NCBI GenBank assembly: GCA_950097015.1
Contig: CATNEN010000014.1
Coordinates: 2,108,001-2,172,000, forward strand
Length of the DNA stretch: 64,000 nt
Origin: Macrostomum hystrix
Lineage: Eukaryota; Animalia; Platyhelminthes
Reading direction: 5' to 3'
Under the pieces are notes generated by a model, which was not told the origin of the DNA, did no database searches, and worked only from the letters and a program-made list of their open reading frames with translations. Below are positions 49,646 through 59,732 of the stretch, in pieces (the first letter of the stretch is position 1; every line of letters starts with the position of its first letter). The position numbers and the translations under genes are program-made.

Positions 49646-52600
49646 ATGCGCGCCAGCCTTGTTTGTGCCAGCACTGGCCGCACAGTTTGCACCATAGACA
49701 GTGCCAGCCAGGCGGCCGGCGGCCTGCTGCTCGGTCGTCAGGCCCAGTTTGACATTCGCGACGCCGCCTGCTCGCGCCAGCAGGCCCGATTGGAATTTCT
49801 ATGCGGCAGCGATGCCACCGTCCCGGCGCTGACTGTGACCTGCGTTGGCGCTGGCCGACTCAGCGTTGAATGTGTCGAAGCTAGAGGCCGGCCGCAGCGG
49901 GTGCTGCCCGTTGGCGAGTCGACAACTCTGAGTGACGGAGACTCGCTGATTCTGGGTGAAGCCTGTCGACTAGTAGTGCGATTGCTCGATGATGATTTGT
50001 CAAGATCGCCAGCAGTCAAGCGGCCGAGGCTCCAGGTGCCTGTCGCTGATGAGGCCGACAGCGACGACAGTGCGAGCGAAGTTAACCGACAGTTGGCCGT
50101 GATGCGCGAGACCGCCGCTCGATTGGCTAAGAAATCCCCTGATACTAACCAATCAGGTTTGTTCAAAGTTGCCAACCAATTAGAATCGTCTGACGCTGTC
50201 GCCCAATCAGAATCTTCCAAAGCCGTCAACCAATTGGAATCTTCCAACGCTACCAACCAATCAAAATCTTCCAACGCTGCCGACCAGTCAAAGTCTTCAG
50301 AAGCTGACAACGAATCAGAATCCTTTAACGCAACTAGCCAGGCCGTTGCCCCGAAGGCATCAAAATGCACCAGCCAATCAGAAGCAACTTTGCCTGGATG
50401 GCGAGACTTCAGCTCAGCTCTAGTCTACACCACGGCCGGTTGCCGGCCCAGTGCTAAAATTGCCGGCTTCGACATGGACGGCACGCTGATCACCACCCAG
50501 TCTGGCCGGGTGTTTCCTAAGGACATTGGCGACTGGAAGGTGATCTACTCTCAGGTGCCGGGTCGGCTGAAGTCTCTGGTTGCCGAGGGCTGCAAGGTGG
50601 TGCTGTTCTCCAATCAGAAAGGCGTCGAGGCTGGCAAAGTGAAGGTTGACGAATTGAAAATCAAAGTAAGCGGTTTTATAATATACATTTAGCTTTTTTT
50701 CTAAACTTCTTAATTTGCCACTGATGACCCTAATTGCTACTCTTGATGGTTCCATGATGACCAACAACTACCACCTGAGTTTAATCTGAGGCTCTGTATT
50801 TTCATGCACTGCAATCTAGCTATTGTGACTTTTATTTAAATCTAATTTGTAGTAAACTTTTGCACTAAACATCGGCTTGTATTCTAGCATAAGCTGGCCT
50901 ATGATGACCCTAATTGCTACTCTTGATGGTTCCATGATGATCAACAACTACCACCATTCACTTTGTCTGAGGCCTAGCTGTGCTTTATGCTATTAACTCC
51001 CGATGAAAGATGTAGCTTGACTATTCGGCGCCACCGCTTTTACTAAGGACCGCCATGTATTCCTTCCAAAATTGTACAGTAGCTGTTCAGTCCATGGACT
51101 GGGGAGATCTCTATGCTCACCTATCAGTCATCAATTTTAGATACTAGATAAGACACGGAAGAGATGAGATATGGAAGAGATGAGACACGGAAGAGATGAG
51201 ATATGGGAGAGATGAGATATTGGAGAGATGAGACACGGGAAAGACGAGATATGGGAGAGATGAGACACGGGAGAGACGAGATATAGGAGAGATGAGACAC
51301 GGGAGAGACAGATATGGGAGAGATGAGACACAGGAGAGATGAGACACGGGAGAGATGAGACAGGATACTGTAGGTGTTGGAATGTGCAACGGGGCGGATT
51401 TGGGAGCTTCGAGGGCCGTATCTGGCCCGCAGGCTGCAGTTTGCCGACCGCTGCAGTAACCACTGGGCTACAAGCGTGGCTAAAACTATTCCCCGTCACC
51501 CACCCTTCGCCAGATCGAGCGAGTTGCCGCCCGCCTCGGCGCCCCGCTGCAGGCCTTCCTAAGCGTGCGCGGCCATCGGCACCGGAAGCCCTGCTCCGGC
51601 ATGTGGCGCCTGCTGGCCAGGCCCGAGTTCAACGGCGGCCTCCTGCCGGACCCTAACCAGTCATTCTACGTTGGCGACGCCGCTGGCAGACCGGCTGAGA
51701 CCGGCAAGGGTGAGTTGAATTGGCCTCTTGTATGTCCTGGAGTGCCTGCGGATTTCAGCTCTGTTGGCCCCATTATTTGTTATCTTCCCAGAGAGCTACG
51801 GACTCCTCGATCGAGCTCAACTCCACACTCACTCACCCGGAATCCAAGGCGATGATGACCAAATTGCTACTCTTGATGTCAGCCATGATGACTAGCAGTT
51901 TACCACCATTCACTTTTGTCTGAGCGAAACACTGTTTCTTGTGTTCAGTTTATCTCTCCGTAGACCTATCTCACTTCACCCCAAAATATCCCATCTCCCT
52001 TCCCACCACAATATCCCATCTCCCTTCAACCACAATATCCCATCTCCTTTCACCTACTTTATCCCAACTGCCTTCACCCACAATATCCCATCTCCCTTCA
52101 CCTACTTTATCCCAACTGCCTTCACCCACAATATCCCATCTCCCTTCACCTACTTTATCCCAACTGCCTTCACCCACAATATCCCATCTCCCTTCAACCA
52201 CAATATCCCATCTCCCTTCAACCACAATATCCCATGTCCCTTCAACCACAATATCCCATGTCCCTTCAACCACAATATCCTATCTCTCTTCAACCACAAT
52301 ATCCATATCTCCTTTCAACCACAATATCCCATGCGTGGTAACAATGTCTACTAGGACTACTAGGAGTATCTCGAATGAAATCTTAAGTCGGCGATGATTA
52401 CTAAATTGCTACTCTTGATGTCAGCCATGATGACCAGCAGTTTACCACCAGTCACTTTCGTCTGAGCCTTAGGTACGATACTAGTATTATCTATAAGCTC
52501 TAGGAAAACGTAAGTCAATGAGATTTCACTTTCCTCATCCCCTGTCTTGTTAAATCCCATCTCCAGGCCGCGGCGGTCGCAAGGCTGATTTCTCCTGCTC

Positions 52601-53802
52601 CGACCGCCTGTTCGCCCTGAACTGCCACCTGAGCGCCTTCTACACCCCGGAGGAGTTCTTCCTCGGCCACCGGCCGGTGCCCTTAGCCCAGTGCCGCCTG
52701 CCTGAGTTTAATCCCACGGCCTACGCCAGCGCAGATCCCAGGCTCGCCAGCCAGCAGGCCGTTGATGCCTGGCCGTCGGAGGAGCTGCGCCAGCTGCTGC
52801 TGCCACCGGGCACCAGCCAGGCTGCTCCCCTTCTGGCCCTTCTAGTGGGCTACCCGGCTAGCGGCAAGTCCACTCTGTGCCGCCAGCTCGCCAGCCTGCT
52901 GCGTCGTCAGAGCCATCGGACCATCAGCGTCGTCAGCCGCGACCAGCTGGGCACCTGGCAGCGCTGCGTGCAGTCTGCCGAGACCGCTCTGAGAGCCACC
53001 GCCGACCCCATTGTGCTGGTAGGACATTGTTCAATTGTGTGGTCATTCTAGGCATCTTGATCCTCATGGCTTATTGCGTAGGAGGTTCTAGAAAGTACGA
53101 AGGGGGAAAATATTTTTTGCTTGCTTTTCAGATTTCAAAGGTTTCCCCTGTTGCTAAGCCCTGACTGCCTGCCTGGCAAGTGCCTGCAGGCCTTCGCTTT
53201 ATTTTTACATGATTTTCTTGGAACTTGTGCAATCCGATTGTCATTGCCATGCCTTTCCATTTTTCGTTTCTTTAATCTTAACTTTAACTCGAGCATAAGA
53301 TAGGACCATATTAAACCCATTTGTTAGCATTCCCTGATCCCTATACTAAGTCAAGAGCTTTCCCAGATCCAAATATCCCCATAAAAAGAGGCAAATTATT
53401 TTCTAATGGCAGCTAATATTGATCATCATGGCTCATTGCCGCGGCTTCCAGGTAGACAACACCAACATCGACGCGGATAGTCGCCAGCGCTACGTGGAGC
53501 TGGCCAGGCGGATAAGCGGCAGCCGCATCGTCTGCCTGCCCATGCAGTGCAGCCTGGCTCAGTGTCTGCATAATGAACGGTTTCGGCGCATCCTCGAGGA
53601 GGAGGCGGAGGCTGAGGCCCCAGGAGCTGGCAGGAAGCGCCGGGAGCCGGTTGGCGAGATGGTGTTCAACCAGATGCGCGCCAAGTTCAGCGAGCCGCAG
53701 CTAATGGAAGGCTTTGCCAGCATCGTCCGGGTGCCGTTTGTCCCCAGGTTTGAGCGGCCTGAACACTTCAGGCTGTACTGCGAGTACCTCATGGAGAAGT
53801 AG
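49646..53802 (+). CDS. PNKP: Bifunctional polynucleotide 3'-phosphatase/5'-kinase, 4 exons (~672 aa)
   Basis: Exons 49646-50665, 51514-51709, 52567-53018 and 53452-53802. N-terminal FHA, GFDMDGTLI, SNQKG, RKPCSGMW, YVGDAAGR, DFSCSDRLFALN, GYPASGKST, DNTN and EPQLMEGF. Confidence 0.95.
50717..50792 (+). ncRNA. C/D-box snoRNA-like unit (copy B), PNKP intron 1
   Basis: GCC-a-CTGATGA...AATTGCTACTCTTGA...ATGATGA...CTGA-GGC. Confidence 0.6.
50892..50979 (+). ncRNA. C/D-box snoRNA-like unit (copy C), PNKP intron 1
   Basis: AGCTGGCCT-ATGATGA (50901-07)...CTGA (50967-70)-GGCCTAGCT; terminal stem, internal D'/C'. Confidence 0.72.
51145..51365 (+). repeat. Purine-rich ~15 bp tandem repeat (GAGATGAGACACGGGA-like), PNKP intron 1
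   Basis: Tandem periodicity. Confidence 0.85.
51848..51925 (+). ncRNA. C/D-box snoRNA-like unit (copy D), PNKP intron 2
   Basis: ATGATGA at 51852-58, AATTGCTACTCTTGA, second ATGATGA, CTGA at 51920-23. Confidence 0.68.
51975..52335 (+). repeat. Minisatellite, 24 bp unit (CACAATATCCCATCTCCCTTCAAC), PNKP intron 2
   Basis: Tandem 24-bp period. Confidence 0.92.
52390..52468 (+). ncRNA. C/D-box snoRNA-like unit (copy E), PNKP intron 2
   Basis: GGC-GATGATTA...AATTGCTACTCTTGA...ATGATGA...CTGA-GCC. Confidence 0.62.
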
Positions 53803-53839
53803 AATACTCAGGGAGAAAGACAAACAACTAGGGGAAGAG

Positions 53840-54230
53840 GAACAAGAATGGGTGCGCGAAGGAGTTGAGGAATGTGCGGAAGAGGTAGAATAATGTGCTG
53901 AAGAGGTAGAGGAAGAGGTAGAAGAATGGGCGGAAGAGGTAGAGGAAGGGGTAGAAGAAAGGGCGGAAGAGGTAGAGGAAGGGGTAGAAGAATGTGCGGA
54001 AGAGGTAGAGGAAGGGGTAGAAGAAAGGGCGGAAGAGGTAGAGGAAGGGGTAGAAGAATGTGCGAAAGAGGTAGAGGAAGGGGTAGAAGAATGGGCGGAA
54101 GAGGTAGAGGAAGGAATAGAAGAATGTGCGGAAGAGGTAGAGGAAGGGATAGAAGAATGTGCGAAAGAGGTAGAGGAAGGGGTAGAAGAATGGGCGGAAG
54201 AGGCAGAGGAAGGCGGAAGAAGGAGAGGAA
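53840..54230 (+). repeat. Purine-rich 33 bp minisatellite after the PNKP stop
   Basis: GGAAGAGGTAGAGGAAGGGGTAGAAGAATGTGC tandem units. Confidence 0.92.
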
Positions 54231-54694
54231 AGAGGATGATAATTATGATATTGCTGTTTTAACATGTCAATCAGTCATTTTTTGCCCCAGCATTTCTGCT
54301 GTTGTAACCCTGTTCACTACTATATGCCTTCAGATTAAATTTTGATTTGTTTTATTCCTAATTGAGCTCACTTGGCCTTGGTTGAGTCCACAAGGCAATT
54401 TTTCAACTTGCTAGCTAATGATATGCTAATGATATGCTAATGATATGCTAATGATATGTTAATGATATGCTAATGATATGTTATCTGTAATGCAAAACTC
54501 CGGTTGCGCTCCGCACATTTAAATGCATATTTTGATTGCACTTTCTGCTGCTGTCAGTTCATTAACCTTCCCTGCATTTCATGTCATGATGCTTCTACAT
54601 TGAGCAGACTTCAGTAGCTTCTTTTTAGCGCGTAATAATACTACGCACTTCTTGTTGTACTTTTAAATAGTTGACGTTTAACGTCCATTATAAC

Positions 54695-54997
54695 CTAAGG
54701 GTTTTAGCCTAGTCATTTTGGTCACGATTATAAGGTTGGTGGTTCGTCCGACTCCACTGGAAGAATTTGTGTCTATTATTAAGACACTTGGCTCTGCATT
54801 GCTTCAGTTCACCCAGCTGACAGATGAGATGGGTACCAGTATTGGCTGGGGTAATTGAAGGTGGGTGTGTCGTTCCCACTGTCCATGGACTGAACAGCCG
54901 TACGCAGCGTTTAGACGCACTGCTTGGCTCAATAGCTTCGGCTGTGCCGTAGACGGCAGATGTAGCCTAACTGGGGCAGGTGTGATCAATTATTATT
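54695..54997 (+). mobile_element. tRNA-derived SINE family B, degenerate copy
   Basis: Colinear with 62598-62885 (AAGACACTT..CTCTGCATTGCTTCAGTTCACCCAG...GGGTACCAG...TTGAAGGTGGGTGTG). Confidence 0.75.
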
Positions 54998-55042
54998 AGC
55001 TCATTTTAAGCAGCCACCGTGTACTTTCTATTGCTCACCCCA

Positions 55043-55048
55043 TTGCAG
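55043..55048 (+). promoter_or_regulatory. Candidate SL trans-splice acceptor at the start of the ATP5S reading frame
   Basis: ccattgcag|CCT CCT GGC in phase 0; no in-frame ATG in ORF 55019-55243. Confidence 0.6.
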
Positions 55049-56102
55049 CCTCCTGGCCCAGCCTGCAAGCGACAGCTGCTGCTCTTAGCAACGGGCTGGC
55101 AGCCGCAGCTGCACTGCCGCCGTGGCTACTTCGACTGGCTGGTGGGCGTCTGGAACAAGGTGGACCGCGACCGGATAAAGCAGGTGAGTCTGGAAAGATC
55201 TGACAAGATCTGGAAAGATCTGACAAGATCTGGAAAGATCTGACAAGATCTGGAAAGATCTGACAAGATCTGGAAAGATCTGACAAGATCTGGAAAGATC
55301 TGACAAGATCTGGAAAGATCTGACAAGATCTGGAAAGATCTGACAAGATCTGGAAAGATCTGGAAAGATCTGACAAGATCTGGAAAGATCTGACAAGATC
55401 TGGAAAGATCTGGAAAGATCTGGAAAGATCTGGAAAGATCTGGAAAGATCTGACAAGATCTGGAAAGATCTGACAAGATCTGGAAAGATCTGACAAGATC
55501 TGGAAAGATCTGACAAGATCTGGAAAGATCTGACAAGATCTGACAAGATCTGGAAAGATCTGACAAGATCTGACAAGATCTGACAGATGACGCTCCCTCC
55601 ATGTCTGACGCTCCACTTCCAGATCGGCCCAGATCGAGCGTGCGCCGAGTGGCTATTGCGCAATGGTGCGTCCGTGGTCTGGGCTGACGACCGCGGTGCC
55701 ACCAGCGACTACAACCGGCTGGGCGCGGTGCCCGCCGACCAGCGCATCCAGGAGATCTTGGCTGACACGGCCTCGGTCAGCGCAGCCGGATTTCCTTACC
55801 TGCTGGGCCTCAGCCGACTGCGCTCCATGCAGCTCAGGAACTGCGCCTACCTGAGCGACTCAGCTTTCGCCTACCTGGCCGATCACTGCCGCCTGGAGCG
55901 CCTCCTGGTGGCCCGGTGCCCGCTGGTGACGCCGCGCGGCGTGCTTGAGATGGCCCGCATCGATGGCCTGCGCAGCCTGAGCCTCAGCCAGCTGGCCAGC
56001 GTCGACAACGCGGAGTGGGTCCAGTTGAAGGACCAGCTGGCCGCTCGGCTTCGTTCCGACTGCCGTCTGGAGTTCGACTCCGAGGACTCAGCTGAGGGCT
56101 AA
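55049..56102 (+). CDS. ATP5S: ATP synthase subunit s / DMAC2L (mitochondrial), 2 exons, no genomic ATG
   Basis: Exons 55049-55183 and 55623-56102. RRGYFDWLVGVWNKVDRDRIKQ|IGPDRACAEWLLRNGASV matches family FWGWLNAVFNKVDxxRI..GPDRAASEWLLRCGA; C-terminal leucine-rich repeats. Confidence 0.9.
55188..55586 (+). repeat. Minisatellite of AGATCTGGAA/AGATCTGACA 10-mers, ATP5S intron
   Basis: Begins within the donor region (gtgagtctggaaagatc). Confidence 0.95.
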
Positions 56103-56534
56103 ATGGTTTCTAAGAATGTTTACTTCTTAGAACGGCATAAATCATTGTCAGTGTATTATACTCATCAAGCACTAAAAATATTTTTTTTTATCTATTCTGT
56201 GAAGTATGTTTATTATATAGTTTAAAGTATTATCTTCAGGTATCCTAGTTAGTCTCATTATATATCGAAGTATTTCCTTAAAATTTTAAGTCTTTTTAAC
56301 AAGGACTTTTTTATCCGGTTTTCCATCAATTTTCATTGAAAATATTTGTAGTTCAGATTCAGTTATTCAGATTTAAAAGGTTTCCGCTACTTCTGAGACT
56401 TTCGTCGGTGCCTGCTGGCTTTCGCTTTATTTTACATGGACCTTGTGCAGTGTTTTTGTCAGTACCAAGCCTTTCATATATTTGTTTATTCTTTACTTAA
56501 CACAAGCGTAAGATAAGTGAGTACTATAGGACAA

Positions 56535-56765
56535 AACACTCCCAGATCCCCTGATTAAACCTAGAAGATCCCCAAATTGAGCAATAAACATTCCCAGATC
56601 CCCAGATTGAGCAGTAAACATTCCCAGATCCTCAGATTGAGCAGTAAACATTCCCAGATCCCCAGATTGAGCAATAAACATTCCCAGATCCCCAGATTGA
56701 GCAATAAACATTCCCAGATCCCCAGATTGAGCAATAAACATTCCCAGATCCTCAGATTGAGCAGA
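56535..56765 (+). repeat. Minisatellite, 30 bp unit (TTCCCAGATCCCCAGATTGAGCAATAAACA)
   Basis: Tandem 30-bp period ending ~20 nt before acceptor tttttgcag (56783). Confidence 0.9.
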
Positions 56766-56840
56766 TTTTCATAATTTTTGCAGGCATTTGCCCGACCCTG
56801 AAGTATTCTGTCTCACGTGTAAGCGAGCCCGGCCTATTTT

Positions 56841-57347
56841 ATGTCGGCCACAACAGCAGCCTTCAACGGTTCCCAGCCTCACCATCGGACACATCGCTGC
56901 CAGTCAGTCGGTGGAAGCGGCAGCGGCTTCATCCGAGTCAGTGGCTTGCCCCTCCAAGCTCGCCAAGTTGACCTGGAGCTCGCCTTCTCGCGATTCGGCC
57001 GAGTTCTCGACGTTTGGTCGCCGTCATCGCCGTCGGCCTCCTCATCTTCGCTGGCTGTCATCGTCGAGATGGCGGATCAGCGGGACGCGGCGGAGGCCGT
57101 TGCTCACCTCGACGGGCAGCCGCTGTGCGGAGCCCGCGCCCGACTGGAGCTGCAGCTGGACAAACGGCTGCTTCTCAAGCCTCGCTGCTACGACTGCGGA
57201 GCCAGGGGCCACCTGGCCTACGGCTGTCCGTGGACCGCCGCTGCCACCAACGGAGACACCTGGACCTCTGCTGAACAGCTGGCTGATGATGTACAACGAA
57301 AACTGGCGTTAAGATCAGCCACCTCAGTCGAGCGAATGATGAGCTAG
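56841..57347 (+). CDS. Divergent SRSF7-like RRM + CCHC zinc-knuckle protein lacking an RS domain
   Basis: IRVSGLP...LELAFSRFGRVLDVW...VEMADQRDAAEAVAHLDGQPLCGARARLEL...CYDCGARGHLAYGC aligns to the neighbouring SRSF7; intronless. Confidence 0.8.
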   Translation: MSATTAAFNGSQPHHRTHRCQSVGGSGSGFIRVSGLPLQARQVDLELAFSRFGRVLDVWSPSSPSASSSSLAVIVEMADQRDAAEAVAHLDGQPLCGARARLELQLDKRLLLKPRCYDCGARGHLAYGCPWTAAATNGDTWTSAEQLADDVQRKLALRSATSVERMMS

Positions 57348-57460
57348 CGGCCAGCTTTGCTGCGGCGACTCATCTCAGTTCTGGGAGCTCGCTGGCTGAG
57401 CTATTAACTTCTCAGGTGCTCATCGAATAAGACAGTCAATGTATTATCGGCTGTATTATC

Positions 57461-58810
57461 AGAGAATCGCCCTTCAGTTGCCCTTGAATCGCTTCAGAGA
57501 ATCGCCCTTCAGTCGCCCTTGAATCGCTTCAGAGAATCGCCCTTCAGTCGCCCTTGAATCGCTTCTGAGAATCGCCCTTCAGTCGCCCTTGAATCGCTTC
57601 AGAGAATCGCCCTTCAGTCGCCCTTGAATCGCTTCAGAGAATCGCCCTTCAGTCGCCCTTGAATCGCTTCAGAGAATCGCCCTTCAGTCGCCCTTGAATC
57701 GCTTCAGAGAATCGCCCTTCAGTCGCCCTTGAATCGCTTCTGAGAATCGCCCTTCAGTCGCCCTTGAATCGCTTCAGAGAATCGCCCTTCAGTCGCCCTT
57801 GAATCGCTTCAGAGAATCGCCCTTCAGTCGCCCTTGAATCGCTTCAGAGAATCGCCCTTCAGTCGCCCTTGAATCGCTTCAGAGAATCGCCCTTCAGTCG
57901 CCCTTGAATCGCTTCAGAGAATCGCCCTTCAGTCGCCCTTGAATCGCTTCAGAGAATCGCCCTTCAGTCGCCCTTGAATCGCTTCAGAGAATCGCCCTTC
58001 AGTCGCCCTTGAATCGCTTCAGAGAATCGCCCTTCAGTCGCCCTTGAATCGCTTCAGAGAATCGCCCTTCAGTCGCCCTTGAATCGCTTCAGAGAATCGC
58101 CCTTCAGTCGCCCTTGAATCGCTTCAGAGAATCGCCCTTCAGTCGCCCTTGAATCGCTTCAGAGAATCGCCCTTCAGTCGCCCTTGAATCGCTTCAGAGA
58201 ATCGCCCTTCAGTCGCCCTTGAATCGCTTCAGAGAATCGCCCTTCAGTCGCCCTTGAATCGCTTCAGAGAATCGCCCTTCAGTCGCCCTTGAATCGCTTC
58301 AGAGAATCGCCCTTCAGTCGCCCTTGAATCGCTTCAGAGAATCGCCCTTCAGTCGCCCTTGAATCGCTTCAGAGAATCGCCCTTCAGTCGCCCTTGAATC
58401 GCTTCAGAGAATCGCCCTTCAGTCGCCCTTGAATCGCTTCAGAGAATCGCCCTTCAGTCGCCCTTGAATCGCTTCAGAGAATCGCCCTTCAGTCGCCCTT
58501 GAATCGCTTCAGAGAATCGCCCTTCAGTCGCCCTTGAATCGCTTCTGAGAATCGCCCTTCAGTCGCCCTTGAATCGCTTCAGAGAATCGCCCTTCAGTCG
58601 CCCTTGAATCGCTTCAGAGAATCGCCCTTCAGTCGCCCTTGAATCGCTTCAGAGAATCGCCCTTCAGTCGCCCTTGAATCGCTTCAGAGAATCGCCCTTC
58701 AGTCGCCCTTGAATCGCTTCAGAGAATCGCCCTTCAGTCGCCCTTGAATCGCTTCAGAGAATCGCCCTTCAGTTGCCCTTGAATTGCTTCAGAGAGTCGC
58801 CCTTCAGTGG
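57461..58810 (+). repeat. Highly homogeneous 35 bp minisatellite (AGAGAATCGCCCTTCAGTCGCCCTTGAATCGCTTC), ~38 copies
   Basis: Tandem 35-bp period with very few variants. Confidence 0.97.
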
Positions 58811-59424
58811 CTGCTGAGAGTCATGTTCCCACCAAAAGCACCTGGAAAATTGAGTTCTGCTTTTCGGATAATGTTGGGCAGTTTTATCAGTTGGGTCCCG
58901 TCGGCCCTTCAACTCCAGGTATTTAACGCAGCTCGCTTACAGTCTCTCGACCGAGTTCATCAATCCTCTCATTGGAAGAAGTTGTTTAATCTGACAGTGC
59001 TGAATTCAGCTGCTTCTAAGTACTGAAGAGGCCAGCTGCTTGAAGCCTTCACTCAGTTCGATTCGCGACCGCGCTGTGCAACACCTAAGTGTTTTTCCAC
59101 TGTGCTATATTGTCTGGCTTATTTGGCCTCTTAGTCAATCTTCCTCGCAGAGTCACGTGTTTATTTTCCCCTCAAGGTCGAATTGGTGACGCATTTCTGA
59201 TTGGCCGTCAAATGAGTTTTATTGCATATGAATTTCTTTGACTTCTGTCACTGGCTTATTGTGCAACTGCCACTGAAATATACCTGCGGACTGACTTTTG
59301 TGCAACTGCCTGACTTTTTTGAACCACTGATTTAGGATATTATTTCTTTAAAGACACTCATTTACATTAAATAAACTTTCCTAACTTGCTAACACCCACC
59401 AGTCAGCACTTTCCCATTATTCCG

Positions 59425-59632
59425 CTTTTGAGCAGTCTCTTCCCATTCCCTGATCCCTAGTTAGCAGTCTCTTCTCATTCCCTGATCCCTAGTGAGCAGT
59501 CTCTTCCCATTCCCTGATCCCTAGTTAGCAGTCTCTTCCCATTCCCTAATCCCTAGTTAGCAGTCTCTTCCCATTCCCTGATCCCCAGAGAGCAATGTCT
59601 TCTGAATCCCTGATTCCCAGTTAGCAGTCTCT
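59425..59632 (+). repeat. Pyrimidine-rich 32 bp repeat upstream of the SRSF7 acceptor
   Basis: AGCAGTCTCTTCCCATTCCCTGATCCCTAGTT, ~6 copies, ending just before tgtccccag (59648). Confidence 0.88.
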
Positions 59633-59732
59633 GGTCAGTTGTCCCCAGGCGCTGCCCCTCAGGAACACGGGCCTGCCAATTCCATTTCAATCAATGCCCG
59701 CTGCTTCGGCCTTGCAGTCAGCAAGTCGCACC

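Noticed and set aside
53926-54345. RG-rich ORF resembling an RGG protein
   Set aside because: Translation of a purine-rich 33-bp array downstream of PNKP.
57461-58810. CRISPR-like regular repeat
   Set aside because: Head-to-tail units with no unique spacers, eukaryotic context, no cas genes.
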